From Deltaproteobacteria bacterium (GTDB lineage Bacteria; Desulfobacterota; JADFVX01): a DNA stretch of 64,000 bases. The stretch is from the NCBI GenBank assembly GCA_029860075.1, contig JAOUBX010000007.1:35355-99354 (forward strand). The letters run 5' to 3'. Positions 55,784 to 64,000 of the stretch are shown piece by piece; positions within the stretch are counted from its first letter, which is position 1; each line of letters begins with the position of its first letter. Both the position numbers and the translations under genes were made by a program. The notes beneath the pieces are model-generated. The model had not been told where the DNA came from, made no database searches, and saw only the letters and a list, made by a program, of their open reading frames with translations.

Positions 55784-57577
55784 ATGGTGAAAAGCAGAGG
55801 CAAGCTGTCCATCAAGTATGTAGGCGGTCTTCTTTTAAAGCGAAATTTTATTACAGAAGAGCAGCACAGGGAGCTTCAGCTTCACGGGGAGGCACAACGG
55901 GCAAGGCTCAAAAAAGCGAGAGATTCAGCTTCAAAAAGCAAGATATCTCATCTCGATGACAGCATATCAGCGCCTGAGGTGATCGCTTCTTATGAAATCG
56001 AGATTCCCGGTAAAAAGGGGAAAACCCTTACGGAAGATACTATTACGGAAGTAATCGCCGATGAAGTGGGACTGAGCTACCTGAAAATCGATCCGCTCGA
56101 ACTCGATATGGATACGGTCACTTCTCATATTTCCCAGCCTTTTGCAAGAAGGCACCTTGTTGTGCCTGTTACTGAAAAAAGAGGGGTCGTTACGGTAGCC
56201 GTGGCAGACCCCTTCGAGCTTGAGTCTGTGGAAGAACTGCAAAGGGCCAAAAAGCTGAAGCTCAATATCGTCATGAGTTCAAAAAGCGATATTGTCAAAA
56301 TACTGAAAGAATTTTATGGATTCAGTTCCTCCGTTATTGCCGCACAGAAGGAGAGAACGGAGGGTTTCGATATAGGAAACCTCGAACAGTTTGTACAGTT
56401 AAAATCCCACTCTGAAATCGATGCCTCGGACCAGCATATCGTCAATGCTGTTGAATATCTTATGCAGTACGCTTTTGACCAGAGGGCAAGTGATATCCAT
56501 ATCGAGCCAAAAAGGGAAAAAACGAACGTCAGGCTGAGAATAGACGGTGTTCTTCACGAAATCTATTCCATACCAAAAGCAATTCACCCCCCCATTATTT
56601 CAAGAATAAAAATGCTTTCCCGTATGGATATTGCTGAAAAAAGGCGGCCCCAGGACGGGAGGATCAAAACCAATTATAAAGATAAGGATATTGAACTTCG
56701 TGTTTCCACCATGCCTGTCGCTTTCGGCGAAAAGGTAGTTATCAGGATTTTTGATCCCGACGTGCTTTTGCAGGACCTTGAAGAACTCGGTTTTTATCCC
56801 CGTGAATTCGAGTTTTTTAAATCATTCATTAATAAGCCCAACGGTATTATCCTCGTGACGGGGCCCACGGGAAGCGGTAAAACGACAACCCTCTATTCGG
56901 CCCTTAATGCCCTGGCCTCTCCCGATATTAACATTATAACCGTTGAAGACCCTATCGAAATGGTGATGGACCAGTTCAACCAGGTGGGACTTCAAACGGC
57001 CATCGGCGTTACTTTCGGAAATGCGCTGAGAACCATACTGAGGCAGGACCCGGACATTATAATGGTCGGTGAGATAAGGGACAAGGAAGCGGCGGAAAAT
57101 GCCGTTCAGGCAGCGCTTACAGGTCACCTTGTTCTTTCCACGCTCCATACCAATGACGCCCCTTCATCCATTACAAGACTTATCGATCTCGGAATACCTT
57201 CCTTTCTTATTTCTTCAACAGTAATAGGCGTCATTGCCCAGAGGCTGGTTCGAAGGATCTGTCATGAATGTAAAAGGGAAAGAGAACTTACTCACGAGGA
57301 AAGGGCTCATCTCGAACTATCAGGAAAAGATATCACTGTTTATTTCGGAGAGGGTTGCAAGGACTGCAGGGGAACGGGCTACAGGGGGAGAGACGGTGTC
57401 TTTGAAGTGATGGAGATATCTGAATCTGTAAAAGAAGTTATGACTGACAAGGTAAGCCTGGCTGCTCTTAAGGAGGTAGTGAAAAGTGACGGTATCCTTA
57501 CGGTCAGGGAGTGTGCCGTAAGAAAAATGCTTGAAGGGGTGACTACCTACGAAGAGGTGGTAAGGATTACGGGGTAG
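55784..57577 (+). CDS. GspE/PilB-family secretion ATPase with MshEN-like N-terminal domain
   Basis: Walker A GPTGSGKTTT, Asp boxes, Walker B IMVGEIRD, His box TGHLVLSTLHTN and a tetracysteine motif (CHEC...CKDC). The N-terminal GGLLLKRNFITEEQHRELQ is MshEN-like. Confidence 0.8.
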   Translation: MVKSRGKLSIKYVGGLLLKRNFITEEQHRELQLHGEAQRARLKKARDSASKSKISHLDDSISAPEVIASYEIEIPGKKGKTLTEDTITEVIADEVGLSYLKIDPLELDMDTVTSHISQPFARRHLVVPVTEKRGVVTVAVADPFELESVEELQRAKKLKLNIVMSSKSDIVKILKEFYGFSSSVIAAQKERTEGFDIGNLEQFVQLKSHSEIDASDQHIVNAVEYLMQYAFDQRASDIHIEPKREKTNVRLRIDGVLHEIYSIPKAIHPPIISRIKMLSRMDIAEKRRPQDGRIKTNYKDKDIELRVSTMPVAFGEKVVIRIFDPDVLLQDLEELGFYPREFEFFKSFINKPNGIILVTGPTGSGKTTTLYSALNALASPDINIITVEDPIEMVMDQFNQVGLQTAIGVTFGNALRTILRQDPDIIMVGEIRDKEAAENAVQAALTGHLVLSTLHTNDAPSSITRLIDLGIPSFLISSTVIGVIAQRLVRRICHECKRERELTHEERAHLELSGKDITVYFGEGCKDCRGTGYRGRDGVFEVMEISESVKEVMTDKVSLAALKEVVKSDGILTVRECAVRKMLEGVTTYEEVVRITG

Positions 57578-57660
57578 TTTTTGCCGTACTTTTTCATCTC
57601 GCGCAGAGGCGCAGAGAAAATTAATCACAGAAGGGTGGGGAAATCACGGAAATGTTTTTT

Positions 57661-57746
57661 GACAGGATTAACAGGATTAACAGGATTTAAGGGATGAAAA
57701 GGATTCAACGATTTTAAACTTGCAACCCGCAACCTGTAACCCGTAA
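57661..57746. repeat. Short periodic repeats: 9-bp (gacaggatta)x3 then 7-bp (caaccyg/taacccg)x3
   Basis: gacaggattaacaggattaacaggattt, then gcaacccgcaacctgtaacccgtaac. The 9-bp units belong to the same family as those at 10.7, 11.9, 17.1-17.4 and 62.8 kb. Confidence 0.75.
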
Positions 57747-57756
57747 CAATCTTTCA

Positions 57757-58239
57757 CTACCCTCTTTTATAGGCCAGGTCGATCTCATTTTTAATTTCAT
57801 GAAGAAACTCATCAACAGTAAGGTTCCCGGCGCTTAAAAAAGGCGATATCAAAACAGGGGGGCTTTTCAATTTGGGAATAAAGACTAAAAAGGAAGGGGT
57901 GCCTCTAAGGCGATATTTATTAAAGAGGATTCTTTCAGCCTCTCCTTTGTCGGTGTTTATTTCCACTTTTAGAATATTTCTTAAAAATTCCTCCCCTTTT
58001 TCAGTGGCGAGATAATTATTTTCCAGCTTTTTACACCATGAGCAGGAGCTTGCGTGGAAGTAGACAATCAAAGGGCTTTCCTTCGCCTCAGCCTTTTTAA
58101 GGGCCAGCTCATAGCCCGGGGCGCCATGCTCCCAATGAGGGAAAGTATAGGCGGGTACAGAATGGTCGAAAAGGGATTTGAGAATTAATGAACACAAAGC
58201 AAGGGCAAAGAATGCGGGAATAATTTTTTTTGATTTCAT
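57757..58239 (-). CDS. Secreted thioredoxin-fold protein (CxxC = CSWC)
   Basis: It has a signal peptide. PLIVYFHASSCSWCKKLE, and later GTPSFLVF (cis-Pro region), are typical of the thioredoxin/DUF255-like fold. Confidence 0.65.
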   Translation of the reverse strand: MKSKKIIPAFFALALCSLILKSLFDHSVPAYTFPHWEHGAPGYELALKKAEAKESPLIVYFHASSCSWCKKLENNYLATEKGEEFLRNILKVEINTDKGEAERILFNKYRLRGTPSFLVFIPKLKSPPVLISPFLSAGNLTVDEFLHEIKNEIDLAYKRG

Positions 58240-58374
58240 GGTTGGCTGCTTCCTTTTTTTAACCTGGCATTATCAGGATTGATTAAGGGTAACCTTACCA
58301 TACAGGAAAGTTTTTGTTAGATGGTGATTAATCTTAAAGGGTTCAAATGATGTCTTGATTAAAAGAGAATTTTT

Positions 58375-58600
58375 CGCGCAGAGCCGCCAGGAGCGCAGAG
58401 AAAATCTATTAAGTATTTCAAACAAATGCCACTTCAGCGATCAGGAGAAATCTTGAATTTTCATTTCCTGACAGGAACCACAGGGTTAAAGATTTTTGTT
58501 TTGGACTTTAGAGTCATTAACCCTTGAATAAGCCCCTATCCTTGAAATCAGTGGAAATCCGCTAAATCCGTGTCATCCGTGTTCTATAGCTCCTCTCTGT
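58375..58600. repeat. Patchwork of short intergenic repeat motifs
   Basis: Three motifs recur elsewhere. gcgcagagccgcc..gcgcagagaaaat also occurs at 57598-57625. cagcgatcaggagaaatcttgaa also occurs at 62766-62790. gaaatcagtggaaatccgctaaatccgtgtcatccgtgtt is of the same type. Confidence 0.6.
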
Positions 58601-58722
58601 GCGAAACCAATCTCTCAATCCGCATTCCGCTTCAAGAAGGCTTCTTCCCTTTTTTAAAAGGACAAGATCGAGGTTGTTGAATTTTCCACCGACCGACTTT
58701 TGATATTTAAACCTGGAAAGAG

Positions 58723-58909
58723 CAGTTGGATCCAGTAGTGTCCGGTTAGAAAATTGCAGAAATTTAAAACCCCCTCCCTTTCAAGGGGAGGGGATGGGTT
58801 AACATGGAAATGGTATCAAAAAAAATAACCCATCCCCCTCCTGACCTCCCCCTTGAAGGGGGAGGAACAGCGGTGCAAATTCCTAACCGGACAATACTGA
58901 GTTGGATCA
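58723..58909. repeat. About 187-bp nested palindromic element (MITE-like or structured RNA)
   Basis: The outer arms are cagttggatcc.gta.tgtccggttagaaaattgca and tgcaaattcctaaccggaca.tac.gagttggatca. Inner pairing joins gggatgggttaa to ttaacccatccc. Two C/G hairpins are present (cccctccc..ggggagggg and cctccccc..gggggagg). Confidence 0.7.
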
Positions 58910-59371
58910 TGGTTTCTACAAATTCTAAGGTTAAGCGTTATAAAACAAGCGAGACAATATCAATAACCTGATATCTCTCCTGGCCGGCATTAAAATACTT
59001 GGGATAGAGTCAACAAAAGAGCTTTTTACCTTCTAAAAATATAAAAATTCCACCCCAAAACCAAAGTTACCATCTATTTTAAGGAGCGCAAATTTTTTAT
59101 TAATAATCAGGATCGGCAGGTATCGAAAAAATATTTATAAAAACTTGCATGTGGAAAAACAGATGCTAGAGTTAATCTAGGGGTGGGGATCCCTTTCTTC
59201 TTTGTTTTGTCATAAAAACACCACACTTCTTTAATAAGAGAGAACGTACAGTCACTATCCGGACAATTTTAATATCCGCAAGAGAATCATCATTATTGAA
59301 TATTATCATAATAATTTAAACCAAACTGTCAGTCTTTGAGAAAAGTAACTTTATCAAGAAAGGACGTAGAA

Positions 59372-62300
59372 ATGGCTGCTATCAATAATAGGATAAATTT
59401 TTTAAAAGTATCAGCGCTTATCTTGTTTACGGGTCTCTTTGCTTTACTTGCCACAGGGGCAGCAGACGCTGCTGAAGTTTTCAGAACCAAGTTTAAGGCA
59501 GGTTCAGCCTATCTGATCGTTGAGATTCTTGATGATGACCTGGCTCATTTTGAACTCTCAGCTATAGGCGATGGCCCATCAACGAATGACTCACTTTATA
59601 CGTCGCCAATGGTCCTAAAGACTGATTACAAAGGAGCTGCAACTGTATCTCAAAACAATAACATTATAGAAACCAGTGAGATACGCCTTGAAATTGACAA
59701 AAGCAATCTTTGCATCAAGCTGATTGATAAAAGTAAGGGTAATTCTCGTCTAACGACGGTTTGTCCCGTTGATCTATCGATGGGATTGAAAGGGATAAAT
59801 ATTGAACCGGGACAAATACAGAATATCTATGGCCTGGGTCAGGAATTTAAGCGCTTAGGCTCATCAGATGGCGACTGGATTAAATTGGGAGTACGTCAGG
59901 GAATGAGTCGAAAGAGCAATCAACAGGTGGGTTTTGAACAAGCTCCCCCGGGGCAACAATTTTTTGTAGATGCAGGAAACGGTTTCCAGGGCTTCCAACA
60001 AGCGGCTGTGGGTAACGTGCAAATTCCAGTGTATTATGCTGTCGGTGCGAATAATCTCAACTATGCTCTATTTATGGATAATATCTACTGGCAGAGGTGG
60101 GATTTTAAAAAAAATTGGTGGCAGGCCCGGATGTATGGAGATCAACTGCGTTTTTACTTTATGACCGGTCAGGATTTACCTGATCTGAGGTCGGACTTTA
60201 TGGAATTGACGGGCACGCCGCCAATTCCTTCACGGAAATCATTCGGTATGTGGGTATCCGAATTTGGCTATGACAATTGGGATCAGGTCGATATTCTTAA
60301 AAAAACTTTGAGAGATGATAAATTCCCATTAGATGGTTTTGTCCTTGATTTGAATTGGTTTGGCGGCATAAGTCCGAAAACCAACATGGGGCGCCTTAAT
60401 TGGGATCAGGATCAGGATGCCTTAGTGAAGAATAACGGGTACTTTTTTCCAAAACCAAGTGAAAAAATTAAAAAATACGCTGAAGATAATATTCGTATCG
60501 CCGCAATTGAAGAATCCTATTTAGCCAGGACAGAGCCTCTTCTTGATACCTTTAAAAATATACCAAAGAACTTTATGGCCTACCAGCGAAACGGCAACAG
60601 CTGTAACTCAACCATTGAGGAACCCGTATTTATTAATGCAGCGGACTTCTGGGGCGAAGGCTGGATGTTTGACTGGTCTGAGCCGGCACTCGGCCAATGG
60701 ATTCACAATAACCGTCGCTTCCCGGAACTGGTAAAAAGAGGAATCCATACTCATTGGACTGATCTGGGAGAACCCGAGCGTTTTGAGCCATCTGCCTGCT
60801 ACGAGGGGGTAGAGACTACTGTTTCCGGCAAAAAGAACGAACATACGGATATCCATAACATATACAATCTGCTCTGGAATAAATCTATTTGGGACGGCTA
60901 CGTTGAAAAGCAGGGGCAGGCGGATGAACTGGGCATAATCAATCCGCGCCCTTTGATTCTGACCCGTTCAGGGGCCGCTGGAACTCAGCGATACGGCGCA
61001 GCAATGTGGTCCGGGGATATTGCCTCTAGCCTGGAGTCTCTTGCCACGCATTCAAACGTACAGATGCATATGTCCTTTTCCGGCATTGACTATTACGGTG
61101 CAGATATTGGAGGTTTTCGCCGCGAAGTACTTCCAGGCAACAAAAAAGAGGGCCCCTTTAACACAAGTTATCAAGATGAGATGTATACTCAGTGGTTTGC
61201 CAACGGAAGCTGGTTCGACATCCCCGTCCGTCCTCACACCGATAACGAATTCGGGGAGAACCGAAACAGCTGTAAGAATAATTTCGCCAACAGAAAGCCA
61301 CCCTGCTACGAAACAGCGCCAAATCTTGTAGGCAAGCCTGATAGTAATTTAGCCAATATCCGTCAACGGTACGAATTGATTCCCTACTATTACTCCCTTG
61401 CTTATCGAGCCTATCTTCAGGGAGAACCTGTAATACCACCCCCTGTATTTTACTATCAGAACGACTCTAACTTGAGAGAGATGGGGCATGAAAAGATGAT
61501 TGGCAGAGATATTCTGGTCGGAATTGTCGCTAAACATGGTGAGTATGAGCGCAATGTTTATCTGCCGAAGGGTAGATGGGTAAATTATCATTCTAATGAG
61601 TGGGTTGACAGTTCGGGAGAGGAGATAAAGAATGCACCTCTTTATCGGGAAGGAATTTTGCGGTTGCCGGCCTTTGTACGTGCCGGAGCTATCCTTCCCC
61701 AGATGTTTGTTGATGAAAACACTAAGGATGCCTTTGGCCATCGGCTTGACGGAACTGCAGCTCATAATGAATTGATTGTTCGCGTCTATACTGATGAAAG
61801 GCCATCGACTTTCACATTGTACGAGGATGATGGATTAACCCTGAATTATAAGGAAAGCGGGCGGCCAGGCTATCACTACAGAACAACTGTCCTCAAGCAG
61901 CAAAAGAATAATGACACTGTAACCGTTACTATCGACCCGGCTGTTAACAAGAACGGTGACGACGAGGTGGCAAAGTCCTTTAATGGAGCTGTCAGCAGCC
62001 GGGCAAATATTGTTAAATTGATTGTCAACAATGCCGAGGCAAAAGCAGTCAAAATTAACAATACGCCACTGACTAAATATACATCTCAAGAAAATTTCGA
62101 TACCGCTGAAAGTGGTTGGTACAATGCTGCCAACAACCTGATTGTGGCAAAATCGGGCAAAATGGATGTCAACAGTACCATTAAAGTTTTTTCTTTTCAG
62201 CTAAGATCTGTTCCGGCAAAAACATCGGTCAACTTTGTCTGTGACAATGGTTTTACAACTCCCGGCGAGAGTATCTATGTTACAGGCAGTATTGAAGCCT

Positions 62301-62569
62301 TAGGTAATTGGAACCCGGATAAAGCGGTTAAGCTTGATCCAAATATCTACTACGAATACATCCTACGAGCGGATAAAAAGCTTCCTGGTCCTACGAAACC
62401 AGTCTGGACAAGTGTAATTAATAACCTGCCGCCTAATACTACCTTCGAGTGGAAATGTATACGGCGACATGAAAACGATGCGAACCAGGTTCAGTGGCAG
62501 CCGGGGGACAACAATAAGAAAACTACTGTTACTCATGGCTACGCGGGAAAGAGTTACGGTACCTTTTAA
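59372..62569 (+). CDS. Secreted GH31-family glycosidase/transglycosylase with C-terminal CBM20 starch-binding domain
   Basis: Signal peptide ...ALLATGAADA. GH31-like regions are present (DGFVLDLNWFGG, HWTDLGEPE, AAMWSGDIAS). The C-terminal VNFVCDNGFTTPGESIYVTGSIEALGNWNP...W...F.WKCIRR is CBM20-like. Confidence 0.7.
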   Translation: MAAINNRINFLKVSALILFTGLFALLATGAADAAEVFRTKFKAGSAYLIVEILDDDLAHFELSAIGDGPSTNDSLYTSPMVLKTDYKGAATVSQNNNIIETSEIRLEIDKSNLCIKLIDKSKGNSRLTTVCPVDLSMGLKGINIEPGQIQNIYGLGQEFKRLGSSDGDWIKLGVRQGMSRKSNQQVGFEQAPPGQQFFVDAGNGFQGFQQAAVGNVQIPVYYAVGANNLNYALFMDNIYWQRWDFKKNWWQARMYGDQLRFYFMTGQDLPDLRSDFMELTGTPPIPSRKSFGMWVSEFGYDNWDQVDILKKTLRDDKFPLDGFVLDLNWFGGISPKTNMGRLNWDQDQDALVKNNGYFFPKPSEKIKKYAEDNIRIAAIEESYLARTEPLLDTFKNIPKNFMAYQRNGNSCNSTIEEPVFINAADFWGEGWMFDWSEPALGQWIHNNRRFPELVKRGIHTHWTDLGEPERFEPSACYEGVETTVSGKKNEHTDIHNIYNLLWNKSIWDGYVEKQGQADELGIINPRPLILTRSGAAGTQRYGAAMWSGDIASSLESLATHSNVQMHMSFSGIDYYGADIGGFRREVLPGNKKEGPFNTSYQDEMYTQWFANGSWFDIPVRPHTDNEFGENRNSCKNNFANRKPPCYETAPNLVGKPDSNLANIRQRYELIPYYYSLAYRAYLQGEPVIPPPVFYYQNDSNLREMGHEKMIGRDILVGIVAKHGEYERNVYLPKGRWVNYHSNEWVDSSGEEIKNAPLYREGILRLPAFVRAGAILPQMFVDENTKDAFGHRLDGTAAHNELIVRVYTDERPSTFTLYEDDGLTLNYKESGRPGYHYRTTVLKQQKNNDTVTVTIDPAVNKNGDDEVAKSFNGAVSSRANIVKLIVNNAEAKAVKINNTPLTKYTSQENFDTAESGWYNAANNLIVAKSGKMDVNSTIKVFSFQLRSVPAKTSVNFVCDNGFTTPGESIYVTGSIEALGNWNPDKAVKLDPNIYYEYILRADKKLPGPTKPVWTSVINNLPPNTTFEWKCIRRHENDANQVQWQPGDNNKKTTVTHGYAGKSYGTF

Positions 62570-62749
62570 ATTTATTCATGTACGTATTTGACAATGTTTT
62601 TTCCGGGCACACCGGGGTGCATTTCATGCACCAAAAAAAGCGTTGGCAATGCCTCAAAAAAATAATGGACGAGAAAAGGGAAAACGTAACGGTTCTCTTT
62701 TTCGAGGAAAGACTGTTTTAAAAAGAGAATCGTCCCGTTTTCTGCCCCC

Positions 62750-62815
62750 AAACAAATGTCATTTCGACGATCAGGAGAAATCTTGAAAATCTTTTTTTGA
62801 CAGGATTAACAGGAT
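62750..62815. repeat. Repeat motifs (cgatcaggagaaatcttgaa plus gacaggattaacagga units)
   Basis: Matches 58437-58465 and 57661-57690 by eye. Confidence 0.65.
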
Positions 62816-62819
62816 GGGC

Positions 62820-63158
62820 TCAGATATTGGATGGTAAAAATGTAGTAACGATTAATATTATCATCAAAATAAAGCCCACAATTGTAAGACGTTTTCCTGA
62901 TGACAGACCACCGAGCGCCCATCCGGCATAACCGAGTAAAATGACAGGAGCGGAAAGTACTGCTGCACCCAAAATATAGGCAAAGGCCAGCTCTCCATTT
63001 CTAAAAGACGGATTGTTAAGAAAATTTTCAATGACTTCACTCCTTATATGGACCCCGTCAGAAGGGCCTACCGTCAATGCAAGAAAAGGAGCGAGGCTCC
63101 ATCCCGTTATGACAAATAAATATGAAAAAATCTTTTTCCAGTTTATGTTTGATAGCAT
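62820..63158 (-). CDS. Small integral membrane protein, unknown function
   Basis: 112 aa with three predicted hydrophobic helices. No recognisable family. Confidence 0.4.
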   Translation of the reverse strand: MLSNINWKKIFSYLFVITGWSLAPFLALTVGPSDGVHIRSEVIENFLNNPSFRNGELAFAYILGAAVLSAPVILLGYAGWALGGLSSGKRLTIVGFILMIILIVTTFLPSNI

Positions 63159-63559
63159 GATTTAAAGTGAGTTGCCTTTGTTTATTCTCATTCCCTATCT
63201 TAATTACTGCTTCCTTTAATTAGTTTTCATCGGTCAAGGGTGCTTTTTCGCAATCTCTGCGTCAATCTTCAGATTTGCTTGTGCGACGTACAGCAGTACG
63301 ACTCGGCGAAACCCTTGATTTCCTTGACCTTGCAAAAAATCCCTCCTTTCCGAATTGAAAACATAGTTTGATTTATTATAGTTTCTGGATGGGAACTAAT
63401 TAGCAATTATCAATATGTTCATTGGTTTTTAATTGTTTAAACAGTGCATTTCATCCCCCAAAAGAGGCTTTTAAGGTCAAAAAGTGGGCTGATATTGAAG
63501 GTTTATTCTTTAATATCAATTGCTTGACCTGGTCCGACCCCCCACACCACCTCCGTGTT

Positions 63560-64000
63560 CTATTCTTCGTTCCATGCAACAGGATCCACTTTATAAAAGC
63601 TCTCCAATTCATGATAAAGCTCGGCATGCTTCTTCTTCAGTTGTTCCGGTTTTTCAAAAAAGGTTTCAGTAGCAACAGCGAAAAATTCTGCTGGATTAGT
63701 GGCGCCGTATTTATGCATCACACTTTTTTTCCTTTTAGATGCTTTTTTCCTGAGCAATTCATATTCTTTTGAAAAAGTCCGTGACCAGGTCGAGTAAGCA
63801 GAGCGCACTTTAAGGACAGGTGCCCCGTCGGCGCTGCCATCCTCCTGATCAAGTTGATGGGCAAATTCATGCATTGCCACATTATGGCCGTCCTGAAAAT
63901 TCAGTACACCGTTTTTTACACTATCCCAGGCCAGAACAACGGTGCCGTGCGTCCATGATTCACCAAGACGAACAGACGAGTCAGTTGAATTTGAACCGAA
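63560..64000 (-). CDS. Zinc metallopeptidase, MtfA/M90-like; N-terminus beyond window edge
   Basis: It has the HEFAHQLD zinc motif and a downstream NPAEFFAVATETFFE. The reading frame stays open upstream of the listed Met to nt 64000. Confidence 0.6.
   Translation of the reverse strand, partial: FGSNSTDSSVRLGESWTHGTVVLAWDSVKNGVLNFQDGHNVAMHEFAHQLDQEDGSADGAPVLKVRSAYSTWSRTFSKEYELLRKKASKRKKSVMHKYGATNPAEFFAVATETFFEKPEQLKKKHAELYHELESFYKVDPVAWNEE

Noticed and set aside
63422-63772. 116-aa plus-strand ORF near the window end.
   Set aside because: It is antisense to the MtfA-like peptidase gene, which carries a clear HEFAH zinc motif. The ORF itself has no SD or recognisable features.

Overview
This 64-kb window comes from a diderm (Gram-negative-type) bacterium with mid-range GC. 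The lineage cannot be named from sequence alone.

Most of the window is ordinary core genome:
- A two-subunit ATP-citrate lyase, which suggests a reductive TCA cycle.
- dapA, trxA, mreB, ppiD and panE.
- pgpA-cinA-thpR-recA-pilT-recX-alaS.
- tatA-mog-tatC.
- apbC-nfu-DUF3467-mfd-surA(x2)-pdxA-pgm.

No rRNA, tRNA, CRISPR array or transposase gene was seen.

Two accessory regions interrupt the core genes. Both are bounded by dense families of short periodic or palindromic intergenic repeats.
- Region 1 (about 9.1-17.5 kb) holds an AAA/DUF4143 ATPase, a small nucleotidyltransferase-like cassette, and a secreted Zn-phospholipase-C-like giant protein. It also holds two small secreted proteins, the first tail-collar-like and carrying an in-frame G9 tract.
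- Region 2 (about 44.6-63.2 kb) is the most unusual part of the window. It has three components:
  - A tightly packed 11-gene minus-strand operon (44618-51338) encodes orphan proteins with no signal peptides. They fall into paralogous families with extreme His/Cys-rich segments (recurrent CCC triplets), Gly/Leu-rich segments, Ig-like repeats and an 11-13-aa IDP(V/I) repeat protein. The only recognisable enzyme is a geranylgeranyl-reductase-family flavoprotein.
  - A five-gene operon (51561-57577) is transcribed divergently from it. It encodes a GH13-like protein, a protein with two DDxxD motifs (isoprenoid-synthase-like), a Zn-ribbon-like protein, an HprK-like P-loop kinase and an orphan GspE/PilB-type ATPase.
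  - A secreted thioredoxin-fold protein and a GH31-CBM20 enzyme lie next to it.

I could not match the 11-gene operon to any described system. It is my top candidate for the undescribed biology, possibly a cytoplasmic metal-binding or self-assembling protein system. All functional calls rest on motif recognition by eye, and no database search was run.
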